From the NCBI GenBank assembly GCA_051362555.1, contig CM120646.1:19530001-19594000 (forward strand): a DNA stretch of 64,000 bases, in the 5' to 3' direction. The notes beneath the pieces are model-generated. The model searched no databases and was not told the DNA's origin. It was given only the letters and a program-made list of their open reading frames with translations. A program made the position numbers and the translations under genes. Shown in pieces: positions 1 to 12,400 of the stretch. Origin of the DNA: Lingula anatina (Eukaryota; Animalia; Brachiopoda). Position 1 is the stretch's first letter. Each line of letters begins with the position of its first letter.

Positions 1-91
1 AGACTGGAATGTACCTTTATTTGTGCTAATTGTTTATGTAACAGCTTGAGGTCTTACTGTCATCCATGATTTTGAGTGCTTGCTTTGCTGC

Positions 92-1264
92 TTAGTATAC
101 CTAAAAACAAAACATTGACTATTGGAAAGACTTCAATGCATTTTTTTGTGAAATTAATAGCACCCACTATCTGTAATGTCTACGCCAGACATAAGAGCAC
201 TGAATAGAGCATGGTTATCAAAATTAATTGTTTCAAAATCCAATTTATTATATAATGTTCCCCACAATAAGTACTGATATCCTGTGCTTGTCACAATTCT
301 AGGACTAGCTGCCATGGCAGTGTTAAACTTTATAATAAAATGGCATTGTTCCAAGTACTAACATGCATTAGATTGATATTGATGGCAAGGTGTACTGAAC
401 ATGGTAAAATAAACAGCTATTGTGTGTTTGGATTCTGGGTGTCAGGTACTTACTTTGGCTCTGGCTCTATGTTGGCCTTGAACCTGATGTAGGGGTAGAT
501 GTTACCACATGAATATTACCTGGATAAAAAAATATATACCAGTGTATTATCCTCATTCTCCAGAGAATCCCCATGAAGTCAACTTTAAAAACGTAAACAG
601 AGAATAAACATTTACTACCATCAGATGCTGCAATTAATGTGCTCGCTTTAAATCTTTTAATTTAAATTAAATTCGAATAAGGTAAATAGTGAAAGGTTGT
701 TTTTTCTTTTTTTTTTTTTTTTTGGACTTGAGGATATAACGACGTTAAGTAAGCCGACAAAAACCAGTCTTTAATAGAAGACTATTTAGCTTGTTTGTAC
801 TGACTGCTCTAAAGAATAATAAACTTTTCTGCGTACAGCAGGGATAACAGGGGCGGATCCAGAGATATTTAATATTTTCTGACAGTCTTCCCAGTAATGT
901 TGATCCATCCTCCATTTTTGACCGCCTTTCAACAGAAATATTACATATACCCGCCAATGAAAACTTGAAAATCTAACCGTCTTCCGGAAGAACCAGAAGA
1001 TGCCCTAAATCCGCCTCCTGAATATGTTCTCAATGAAAGAGTCGGACGTGATAAGAGATCGAAATAACCTACCCGTATCCGGCAGAATTTTGTCAGTTTC
1101 TCGCTTGTCAGTTTTATTTCCTACTTCTGCTTTGTCTACCTCACCGGCCTGCCAATGAAAATAACATCCTCTGCTTCTGCATTTCCCGTTTTATTTCCTT
1201 TTTCATTGTCCCGTAGAGTTTTTCTTCTCTCTTTCAACTCACGTGTACTCGGACTACCCTCCAT
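92..1264 (-). CDS. Small 3-exon gene, 52-aa unrecognised protein (exons 1264-1145, 483-454, 100-92)
   Basis: ATG in CAAGATGG context. Donors GTGAGG and GTAAGT; acceptors CATCAG and TTTTTAG; all phase 0. Product MEGSPSTRELKERRKTLRDNEKGNKTGNAEAEDVIFIGRPVQGQHRARAKVY*. AATAAA on the minus strand at 21-16. Confidence 0.55.
848..1020. mobile_element. MITE with CAGGGGCGGAT-type terminal inverted repeats, in intron 1 of the small gene
   Basis: Begins CAGGGGCGGATCCAG and ends TAAATCCGCCTCCTG; it is a diverged reverse-complement copy of 18521-18692. Confidence 0.75.
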
Positions 1265-1380
1265 CTTGGTTTGCAGTGACATCCGGGTCTTCTCCAGAGC
1301 GTAGTAAACAGTAGTATTCAGTCATATGCAAATTGAGGCAAGTCCCAGAATTCCATGCATAGGGGAGTAATGGCGAGAAG
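1265..1380. promoter_or_regulatory. Promoter of the small gene with ETS-like, octamer and Staf/ZNF143-like motifs
   Basis: ACATCCGG (~1279), ATATGCAAAT (1324-1333), GTCCCAGAATTCCATGC (1342-1358), and a YY1-like AATGGCG facing the + strand (~1369). Confidence 0.45.
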
Positions 1381-1558
1381 TTTAGACGAAAAAAAAATGC
1401 TGCGCTTTTTTTTCTTTAAGTGATCTTAAAAACCTATACCTCGACCTTTATTTTCTCAATGGTTTTGTGTGAGACATGCTTTGGGGTTCAGGATCAAATA
1501 GGCAAAGTTTCAGAGAAAGGCCTATTTAAGCGTCTACAGCGGAAAGACATCCTTTAAA

Positions 1559-1662
1559 GGGTATCGGAGTTCAAAGAAGCGTATCGGCAAAAAAAGTAGC
1601 GTATCGGCAAAAAAAAATAGCGTATCGGGGCCGATACGCTATAAAGGCCTGGGGAGAACCCT
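1559..1662. mobile_element. Probable single end of a DNA transposon with subterminal repeats
   Basis: Four (GC)GTATCGG repeats, the last forming the hairpin TAGCGTATCGG-gg-CCGATACGCTA. Ends ...CCTGGGGAGAACCCTG (CAGGG terminus on the minus strand). No clear partner end. Confidence 0.45.
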
Positions 1663-3007
1663 GATTTGTATACACAGCTCAGCTGGGCCAATTAAATCAA
1701 TTACCTGTGTCATGTGTATTTGGAAGTTAGTGGCTTGATTTTAGATTTGGTGTAGTGTTAATGTTTTGTAAGTATATATTCTAGCTCAGGTATCATTTAA
1801 TTGACATATAACTTAATGAAATTAATTTGAAAAATGTTAAATTCTGTGTTTTCCTACTGTATTTCACGTTACAATATGAATAAAAATAAATATTGTTACC
1901 TTTTTTTTGTTAATTTACATTTAGGATCTGGCATTTTCCCACCAAGCCACACTGAATGATTGGGTGCAAGTAAATCTTGATTATAAAAAAAAAACAAAAA
2001 AAAACAACAACAACAGATGACAGGTACAAAAGGCAGCTAGATGGCATACAAGGTAGAAGCAGCGAAAGAATATTCTTATATCTTTGTGACCAGCTGAGGA
2101 GAGAGGATCTGAACATCAGGAGAGTGAAATTCAGTGCATGACAGGAGTTATTTAATTGGCTTCGTTTGTTTATTTAATTGTTCGTTTGTCGTTTTAAAGT
2201 TGTTATCCTGATAGCTTGCATACAACAAGGATAGGTATTCCATTTATTTAGAATTGTGAGCAGAAGCACAAGAAGAAATGAAAACACTTTTTCTTTCTCA
2301 TATTTTAAAAGGCTAAATGGAAAGGTTTGCAAGAAATATAATACTTTGTATGGTGCACTTCTCACAGATGGTCTGATACACACAATTATTGCACACAGCA
2401 CATATCAATTGTGAGTCTTCAATCAAGCATTCTCTAGACATTGATGAAAATATACCAAACAGGTTTCTCAGCTTATGGTGACTTGATTCGACTTAATATG
2501 CCCATGTACATGTTGCATTGCATCATTAAAAGTATGGAAATATTTTTCATGTCAGTGTTATCAACTGAAAGGAAAGGGACCCTGATAATCTGTCATTGAA
2601 TTGTGCAACAATGTCAACAATGTTTTGCATTTTATGTTTACTTTTATTCATACAAAATGTGCCTTTTCCTATATTTTTAATCAAATGAAGATCAATTCAT
2701 GAACTGACTTGTTGTTATGCTACATTGGATACCCGTTTCTTATAAATGGGATGTTCAATCTGCATAAAAGTTGGCTAACTGGTGTAGAAAAGAGATATGA
2801 TAATTTTCAATGAAGCAAGTTATATATATTTTTTCTTCTTCTTTTTTCACCCAATCTCTTTCACATTTTTCACTCTGTAGATTTTGTCTCACAATTTTCA
2901 TCAAAATCACTAAGGCTGAAATGGTGTTTCTAAAATATGAGAGTTCTTATATTCAAATGCAAACTTCATTTAAGTTTTGCCCGATTCTGTTGTTGAGATA
3001 CTAGCAT

Positions 3008-6000
3008 TCATAGCTGAAAAATACCATCATGTCTTGCATTTCCATCTTTTTAAAAGGATTTTTCAAGCACCAGAGCTTAGACTACTATCAACAGTCAACA
3101 AAACTAATATTCTCCATATATTCTGTATGAAACACACTTAGTTGACAACAATATAGTAGGCTTTGGTACATATAAGTCAACTACCTCAGCTAAGTAAACT
3201 TAAGATTTTAGTGTTTTTGTGAAACAGGCACCAGATGCAACAATGAAAATGCATATAAATAAAAATACCAGTGCTATCTTGAATATTTCCAAATAAATTG
3301 CTTTTAAAAATAATTGTGAAGGATCCAAGTTACCTTTTTGCCTGCTCTTTTTTTTAGAGAGATGCTCCTGCCTGTCATAGTGGTCTTTCTCCTTATCTGA
3401 AGATTCTGACTGCCAGGTTTGACACCTGACTGACGAGCAATCACAGACTTTAACTATAAAATGGAAAAAAGTTTCATTATCCACAGCATTGAAAGAATAC
3501 AGAAAAAAAAACATTTCTATTTCTTGGCATGCTGGATGTACCCATATATGGTGCAATTTAATGTTTGAAGCAATCTTATAAAAACATCAGGAAAAGATTA
3601 TGTGTAGTGCCACAAATTGTAGTTCACCTGTCAGTACTTAACTTTTTTTTTTGGCAAGCACAGAAGCATTTTGAAAAAAAAAAAAGAAATTATCTCTGCA
3701 AATATTTACCTCCTTTTTAGTCGGACTGTTGACACTGGTCTTTGTCTTTTTGTTACTGATAGTTTTTCCTCCACTTCTTTGCTTAGCTAAAGAACGAGGT
3801 TTGTTGACCTAAAATGATTATGTAAAAGGAACTGAATGCTGCACATTAGCAAAATATCAATAGGGATGGTTTTATTATTCATTGAGTAAAACAGGATAGA
3901 AGAGGTTCTTATTATGTGAAGTATGTCTTTCTGAAGATTAATTTTTTGCAATTTTGAAAATTAAAAAAACTTCTTCGTCTGGTGTACATACATTGTGCTG
4001 AGCTGAACTGCTATGGCAATAAGCCTATTTACAAAAATTTAATCTATGATTCAGATTTATAAATTGTTATGCACTTTTAGCTAAGCTTTACATCCATTTT
4101 CTCATCTCATTTTTAAATGAAATTACTTTTAAAGTCATCCTGTTGACAAATAAATTTTGTAAATGACATTGATAGCATCATGCATGAAGAAAATATACAC
4201 ACATAAGAGTTCAAAACAAAAAGTACCAGGATCTTATATTTGAGTGAGAAAAATTTTAATTAAAAGATCTATACATAAATAAAAAGTAGATTTTTCATAT
4301 TAATTTTTTCTTTCTTGATCAGAATACCATGATTAATTTAATTTAATTTAGACATAACCTTATAACTCAAATTGTCATTCATCTCAAAAGAAAAAAAGAA
4401 AGTTGTGGAATGGATATTTTCTTTGGTATTAGCTAAACAAGGCCTCATCTTGAATCTTTGCAAAACTTAAACCAAATTTTCCAGTCCCAAAGTGCCCCCA
4501 GTTATGCACAGTCTATATTTCAAATTCAAACCAAGATAAAAACTAAAACATAGCATTTATCCTGTAAATTCATCCAACAACAAACCTGACTTTTCCTAGT
4601 TCTGTTTCCTTTCCTTTGTTTAACCCTTTGTCGTTTATTTCCAACTACCGCTGCCTTTTTTGACTTAATGTACAGTCTAGCATTTTTCAAAGTCCGACTT
4701 GCTCGATTTTTCTGTCTTTGCTGCCTCTTGTTCTTTCTGCGTCTTCTTTTTCTCCTCCTTCTCTTCCTCCTTTTCCTTGTTTTTCTTCTTCTGCGAGACC
4801 TTCCACGCTTCCTATACCTCCTCCTCCTTTTTCTTCCAGAAGTTCTTTTTCTTATGCCCCTCCTCCTTGATGACCTTTTCCTTACAGGATTCTTTCTCCT
4901 TCTTCTCGTTGATGACCTTTTCCTTAGAGGATTTCTTCTCCTTCTCCTCTTTGATGACCCTTTCCTTACAGGATTTTTTCTCCTTCTCTTCCTTGATGAC
5001 CTTTTCCTTAGAGGATTCCTTCTCCTTCTCCTCTTCCTCCTTCTCATCCTTCTAGGTCTTCTTCTCCTGTGGAATAAAAAAATCACCATAAATTTATATT
5101 AGTAAAAACACAGTAAAAACAGATCATGCAAGAAGGTTAAATATTACAGCGAATGTAACATGCAGATAGAAATCCTGTATGCGCTGTCTTTACAAACCAC
5201 ACCTGAGGGACCTCTTCCTCCTGGACTTTGGATGTGCCTTGATGCTCTCATTGTCTTTCTCTGAGGCTGTGGGTTTCTGTTCAACTGACATTCCTAAAAG
5301 AACAGCACAGATGAGCTTAATAGAAAATTTGTAAAAATAGGCAGGTATCTGGGAGTTTATAGCTTACGCTAAATACATTAATAACTGTCTTTATTTCAGC
5401 AGCCTCTATAAGTTTTAATAACTAGTATTTTTTTAAAAAGGAAATATAAATAGGATCACTTACATGCGTTGTACGTTTCAGCTGTACAGCCAGTACAAGG
5501 AAATATTATTTTTACTAATTAAATTTCTTGACAATTGAATATTGGAAATAAAATGACAATAAAATCACACAGTACCAACTGTTGCTGACTAGAACGTACC
5601 AGGTGTTGTGGAGACCTTGTACACAGCCAAGAGATCTGTTGCCTGACACTGCCCCTCCTGCTGCTTCTCTTCAATCTCACTGGTTTCAGTATCATTTTTG
5701 CATTTACAAGCTGTGCTATTTCCATTGCTTGAAAATAAACAAACACTCTAATTCAGATAAAGAAAAAATACTTGGAGAGAAAATAGAAAAATCCAACCAG
5801 TGAAGATCAAAAGCGAGTTTGGGTAATTTGCAACCACAGATATTAGTTGAGAAGCTTTCGCAGCTAAAATGAGCATCTTTGATTATTTCACTGTATTGAT
5901 AAATTGAAAAGGGACGTTATTATTACCTCTTCTGTATTCCAATGATACTGTAGTGCTTGCAGTAGGCAACACAGTTTCTGAGCATGTCTGCGCCTTGGGG

Positions 6001-6278
6001 TAGTATGGTCTCTCTTGTTCCAAAGTCAGAGACATTATTTTGGCAGCCCAAGTAAACAGGAACAGGCAAGGCAATCCCAACTAAAGAGAAAAAAATTTAA
6101 AGTTTCAAACTGTTTTTGAAAAAAAAAAAAAAAAAAAAAAAGCATACCATAGTCCATATATAAGCAATGCCTCTATGCTACTGCTCATGTGTGATTAGCA
6201 TGTGGTATTATATATACAAATAATGCAATCTCTCCAGGTTGATGGGAAACTACGGAAAAACAAGAATGAAAAAAATAT

Positions 6279-6313
<35 letters not shown>

Positions 6314-8116
6314 TTGGTAGAAATTTAATAGACGTCACACATTTGGTATAAACGAATGGAACAATGACCTATTCCTTATGAAAACCATGTAAAATGTCAC
6401 AAAAATCAGAGAGAAAAAATAATTATGAGATAAAATTTGAGTACTGAGTATGTGAATATTCTCACCGTTTTCTTTTATCTGTATAAAGTCGCCAATCACA
6501 TTGGACGGCATGCACACAAGCAAGGACAACAGCGCTACTTGCTGCAGTAAGTCTGAAAGTAAATCAGCACAGGTATCAGCCAAAATGCATGATCCCAATG
6601 TGAAACACCACGAGCTTCAGAGAGTGCTGGAACTCAGCTCACTTCTAGAAATGACAGAGACATGCGTATAGTAAATACTTACCTCAGTTTTCGACCTAAC
6701 GACATGAATGAACGAAAACTGAGGCGAAGCATTCCAGCGTTACTGTGGCTGTGTTAGTAATAGTAAAAGCAATCAAGTACTTATCTACTTACCATGTAGC
6801 ACAATGGTTAATAATCACTATACCTTATATAATAAAAAATCCAAAATGCGCCTAATAACCCTTTATGAACAATTCTATTTGATCACGACGCTCACATGCA
6901 ATCGACATATATATCAGAGCGATCTCAACAGCTGCATTTCACATCCGCCAGCCACATCCGCCAGTCACAAGCAATATTATAACTTGATTTTTACTGGTGA
7001 CAAAAATGGTAGATAAATAATTGAAATAAACAATAAAAGCTTTGAAATTTGATTTTAAAGGAGAAAAGGAAAAATCACAAAATTTTACCTTTTCAAATTT
7101 AATCGACCTTCATATCTTATTTCAATTTCTTTTTTTTTTATTATTATTATTCATCGGTTTTTATTTACCCAATTATGTATTGTCTGCGGCAAAACGTCAT
7201 TTATCAGTATTTTATCTACTTTTCGTCCTTTAAATAGCTACCTTTTTTCATTTAGTCTTAAACAGGCCCTATAATTATTATAAATAACATATATGAATAT
7301 TCAAATTACTGTTTTTCTTTTTATCGAGAGCTTGTAAAATATGTGGGTATTACCTCCAATATTTCTGTGACTGTCAGTCACCATCATCAGGGAGTAAATG
7401 ACTAGGGTCATTTCACCTGGAATGAAAATCCAGGTCAATTGCCCCTAATCACTGGCCTATTATTGGAGGTAATACCCACATATTTTACAAGCTCTTGATA
7501 AAAAGAAAAACAGTAATTTGAATTTATACATACAGAGCTAATGAAACTGTTCTCTAATATATGAATATATTTGAAATTTGGATAGAGATAACTACCCTGG
7601 TGCTTTCAGGATTTTACATAAACATTTTTAAAGAAGCTAAGGAAGGAGATTGTCTCCCAGAACGTGTCCCGTCTCAGGGCTCCATTTGAAGGGAGGTCGG
7701 ATGCACAAAAATACAGGGTCCCATTACATTTGGGGTAATGATCACAGATTACGGGAAATCAAATCATCATTTCACAAATCACAGTAAATAAAACTTGATT
7801 CATACCTCATTGAAATGCAGGAAAAACGAGTTGAACAATCATATATTTTCACAACTTCTGCTGTTTTAGAGAGAGTGAGAAAGAGAGAGAGAGGGGGGGT
7901 AGGGGGCGGGCTAGTTGGCACAATTAGCATCATCATCACCGACTAACTGTTATACAAAAAGAAAATGAGAGATTCACTTTGCTAGTTCCTCGACCACAAA
8001 ACGCCTCTCTTTGAACCTTGCTTCCACTCAACAGACCCTTGCCTAATCTCGATTTTATCATTCATTTTACAACGTTTTGTTCGAGTGATTTGTAAAATGT
8101 AGATTTTCTCAAAACT

Positions 8117-8182
<66 letters not shown>

Positions 8183-8329
8183 TTTTCTTTGAAAAATATG
8201 CCTCGTTTGCCTTCAACTCGAATCAGTTCCAATGGCGGCAACGGAAATTAAAAGAGTAGAAACACTTGAAAGATGCATGGATACAAACTCGTATCCTAAG
8301 AAATGTGTTAATAACTTATACTCACTCAT
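3008..8329 (-). CDS. Secreted WSC-like-domain protein with protamine-like Arg/Lys-rich C-terminal region, ~389 aa (exons 8329-8326, 6552-6466, 6080-5927, 5727-5600, 5293-5203, 5066-4586, 3808-3710, 3453-3334, 3013-3008)
   Basis: Phase-consistent GT-AG chain. N-terminus MNLLQQVALLSLLVCMPSNVIG is signal-like. YLGCQNN..NCVAYCKHYSIIGIQ..ACKC..GQC..LAVY follows the WSC pattern. SRRKRSL is a convertase-type site, followed by RRRRPRRMRRRKRRRRRNPLRKRSS.... First and last exons are the least certain (other donors at ~6683 and ~6792). Minus-strand AATAAA at ~2648-2643. Confidence 0.7.
4867..5034 (-). repeat. Coding minisatellite, 4 x 42 bp (14-aa RRR(R/K)NP(L/V)RK(R/G)SSxx), ABAB order
   Basis: TTGATGACC recurs at 4867, 4909, 4951 and 4993; NPL and NPV units alternate. 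Confidence 0.9.
7299..7523. mobile_element. Penelope-like element remnant: 63-bp inverted repeat enclosing a hammerhead motif
   Basis: Arms 7299-7361 and 7461-7523 are reverse complements with one mismatch; a hammerhead core abuts the left arm. Confidence 0.6.
7354..7394 (-). ncRNA. Minimal type I hammerhead ribozyme motif
   Basis: Minus strand reads CTCC-CTGATGA-tg-GTGACT gac AGTCAC-a-GAAA-TATT-GGAG: stem I CTCC/GGAG, intact core boxes, a stem II hairpin and palindromic AATATT in place of stem III. Confidence 0.7.
8120..8174. repeat. (TA)n microsatellite
   Basis: Direct. Similar (TA)n tracts at 16222-16281, 23952-24014 and 58476-58545. Confidence 0.98.
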
Positions 8330-8729
8330 TGCTACTGTCGAAGTTCTAAATTATTGGGTGTCCTTGTATAGACCTATAGGTCTCTAGCCTTTTTTCTCCA
8401 TATCGGATCGTACAAAAGTTTTCTGGCAAAAATGAAGGCCAAACAACATCACATCAGTCCCTTCAGAATGGCTCCTAAACGCACTAAAATACGTAAGCGC
8501 GAGTGACGTCCCACGTAATAATGTCACTTCTGCGTTACAGGAGCCGCGTGATGACGTATGACGTCAGACGTTTTCTACGGTGTCTTCTGCCGTTGCACAA
8601 AAACAAGATGGCGACAGGATAAGACAAATGAAAATTTTGTGTCGCTTTTCAATTTTTTTAAAAAATTTTTAGCATGTTTTCTTTTGTTTAAAAACCAAAC
8701 TATTTACAGGGTGACCCGACAACCGAGGC
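8330..8729. promoter_or_regulatory. Bidirectional promoter and 5' leaders between two divergent start codons
   Basis: CpG-rich. TGACGTC at 8504-8510, TGACGTA at 8552-8558, full CRE TGACGTCA at 8559-8566, YY1-like CAAGATGGCG at 8604-8613. Confidence 0.6.
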
Positions 8730-9362
8730 ATGCGTAAGTATATTGTAGTGATATGGAAGTAGACGATGTTTTTGGTCTACCCCCTTTGGTGGAAAAAAAA
8801 GGAAATTTTGCAAGATGTTGATTAAATAAAATGTGCGACTGTAGGCCATTCCTTATAGGAAGATTATTGCGTTTTACTCGAATATATTACGGATTCTATG
8901 GTTTGGTATATAGAATGGGGGTTAAGCTAGAATGGACAAGATCGATCGATGAGTGCCATTTGTTAACTAGCTATACTTACGTTTCTTTTACAGAATAAGT
9001 AATATTTCAAATCTGAAAGTCTACCTTGTCAACGCGTGGTTGGATAAATAAGATAGACGTTAAAATTCTGTCGCTTTAATTCCAACTGTTGTAAGAATAA
9101 GAGATAACAAAAAAAAAAAGTACTTGAATACTTAGCCAAACCGTGGGTATGACTTTGTAATTTTTAATATTAAAAGACCGGGTTACATCCCTTTACGTTT
9201 GTGGGCCCTCGGCTAGCTAGTTTACTCCCCCACATGCACTCACTGCAAACCGCTAGCACGACTATTATATTGACAGTTCTGATACATGTATGTACTGGCG
9301 GTGCAATACATGTATATAGGAGTGCTAACGCATGAATTTCCGTGCTATGCACCCCCCCCCAC

Positions 9363-9401
<39 letters not shown>

Positions 9402-12400
9402 ATCATTGCTTCAATTTTATTTAAGGGGGCAATGCGAAATTTTCAAATTCACAAGTTTTGCTTGTTATCTTCCTCATATGGCCCACACATATTGATATTT
9501 TGAGGGGGAGTAACGATGCAGGTATATATTGAAATTACCTCAAAGTCCTTTACCATAAAAGTAATTTTGCAGGGTATGTATTGATGCAAGTATGGATGCA
9601 AGTAATTGTGTGTGTGTGTGTATTTTTTACCAGGAAGTCTTAGACTTGTAGAAGTAAAATAACAATATTTGTTTATTTTAGATTAAACTAAGTTAAATAT
9701 TAAATGAAATTATGTCCAGTTATCTACATTTTTAAAACTGTAAAAAGTATGACCTGATTTTCAAATATGTAACAGAATTATTTGATACACGCACATAAAG
9801 TCCTGAAAACTACAGGCTCTTATAATGTCTTTTTTTTTTCTTTTCAAGGATTGGCAGGATGCCTTTGGCTGCCCATATGTTTATTTCTGACAGCCATTGG
9901 CGAGCCCAAGAGAATTTTCCCCCATTCTCATGACAAGATAGATGACAGTAATGGCAAGCTTCCCAGCCTACAATACCACAGACCCACAAAAGCGAAATTT
10001 GATATTCAAGGAACAAAAACCTGGCTAGAAAAAAGATACAGTCTAGAGAATGATAAACAAAGGCATTATATAATTGAGCATAAATTAGGAAAAAGCACAG
10101 GAAAGAAAAGGAAAAGACTTTTTACAAGTACTTCCATTTTAAAGAATGGCTTCCATCAACAGAGCTTAAGACAGAAATCAATTGTCAGCCCTAGATATCA
10201 TTCTCGATGGAGAAGTGATTTCATGTCGATTAGAAATGGATACAAGTTGTTATTTATCTCACAGCAGCCAAAAGGAAAACATTTCTTGAGATATAAGTGT
10301 CAAAAATATGGAGTATATTTATCAGAAAGGAGCTATCATTTCATGTCAAAAATTCAAAGGCACAGTACCTGGTGGAGGGACCAGAGCCCCACCAAGTTTA
10401 GTGAAATGCTACAAGAATTAAAGGATGAATTCATTGTAAAACCAGAGCTGCGTAAACTAAAGGAAATACTCCTTCATGCAAGCAGTGGAATACAAACTGC
10501 TGTATGTTTAAAGATCTTCATTTATAGACAACAGAAGAGTCAAAAACTGCTCCAAAATAAAGTTTCCCCACATACTTTCTCACAGTTTGGCCATGCAAAG
10601 TCTGCCTTTCTTCAAAAGCGGGAGCCTCACTGGTTTTATTCTTTAAATGGCCCCAAATCTTTGAAGGGCTCACCTGTGGAAAGGGAATTTTTTAATGAAC
10701 AATCGAGTGCCATCAGGAGAACATTGCCAAAAACAGCCAAAATACCAAATTTGTCACCTAGATCCACTTTGAAATCTGTTTCAGAACTTCATCATCATCC
10801 ACGAAGAAATGCTTATCACAAACCTAAGAAGCAGCATCGTCATTGGCCTTCAGCAAATGGCCATGTATCACTAGAGAACTCACCTTCAATAAAAAAGTTT
10901 TTTTATGAACAATCGAGTGCCAACAGGAGAGCATTGCCAAAAACAGCCAACATACCAAATTTGTCACCTAGACCCACTTTGAAATCTGTTTCAGAAATTC
11001 ATCATGATCCACGAACAAATACTTATCACAAGCCTAACAAGCAGCATTTTCACTTGTTGCCTTCAGCAAATGGCCATGTATCACTAGAGAACTCACCTTC
11101 AATAAAAAAGTTTTATGAACAATTGAGTGCCAATAGGAGAACATTGCCAAAAACAGCCAACATACCAAATTTGTCACCTAGACCCACTTTGAAATCTGTT
11201 TCAGAACTTCATCATCATCCACGAAGAAATGCTTATCACAAACCTAACAAGCAGCATCGTCATTGGCCTTCAGCAAATGGCCATGTATCACTAGAGAACT
11301 CACCTTCAATAAAAAAGTTTTTTTATGAACATTCAGGTGCCAACAGGAGAGCATTGCCAAAAACAGCCAAAATACCAAATTTGTCACCTAGACCCACTTT
11401 GAAATCTGTTTCAGAAATTCATCATGATCCACGAACAAATACTTATCACAAGCCTAACAAGCAGCATTTTCACTTGTTGCCTTCAGCAAATGGCCATGTA
11501 TCACTAGAGAACTCACCTTCAATAAAAAAGTTTTATGAACAATTGAGTGCCAATAGGAGAACATTGCCAAAAACAGCCAACATACCAAATTTGTCACCTA
11601 GACCCACTTTGAAATCTGTTTCAGAACTTCATCATGGCCCTCGAACAAATGCTTATCACAAATCTAACAAGCAGCATCCTCACTTGATACCTTCAGCATA
11701 TGGCCATGTATCACTAGAGAACTCACCTTCAAAAAAAAAGTTTTATGAACAATTGAGTGCCAATAGGAGAACATTGCCAAAAACAGCCAAAATACCAAAT
11801 TTGTCACTTAGACCCACTTTAAAATCTGTTTCGGAACTTCATCATGGTCCTCGAACAAATGCTTATCACAAATCTAACAAGCAGCATCCTCACTTGTTGC
11901 ATTCAGCAAATGGCCATGTATCACTAAAGAACTCACCTTCGATAAAAAAGTTTTATGAACAATCGAGTGCCAATAGGAGAACATTGCCAAAAACAGCCAA
12001 AATACCAAATTTGTCACCTAGACCCACTTTGAAATCTGTTTCAGAACTTCATCGTGATCCTCGAAAAAATGCTTATCACAAACCTAACAAGCAGCATCTT
12101 CACTTGATGCCTTCAGCAAAAGGCCATGTATCACTAGAGAACTCGCCTTCAATAAAAAAGTTTTTTTATGAACAAGCGAGTGCCAACCGGAGAACATTGC
12201 CAAAAACAGCCAAAATACCAAATTTGTCACCTATACCCACATTCAAATCCATTTTCAAAACTGATCCTGGGACTCTAACAAAAAATGTGAACCATGTTCA
12301 TGGTAGACCCAAGTGGAAAAAGACACATGGTGAGAAATTAGGAAATGGTATAGGGGTGAAGAGTCAGAGAGTCAGTTCTTCCAGTAAATACATGTCCAGT

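Noticed and set aside
3200-3556. 118-aa ORF with a hydrophobic C-terminus, a possible TM anchor for the WSC gene
   Set aside because: It is in a different frame from the spliced exon 3453-3334. Joining the hydrophobic part needs a ~53-nt intron with a weak acceptor, and AT-rich intron sequence explains the hydrophobicity.
4668-5102. Leu/Phe-rich and Ser/Phe-rich + strand ORFs resembling membrane proteins
   Set aside because: They are antisense shadows of the purine-rich Arg exon, which has phase-matched splice sites on the minus strand.
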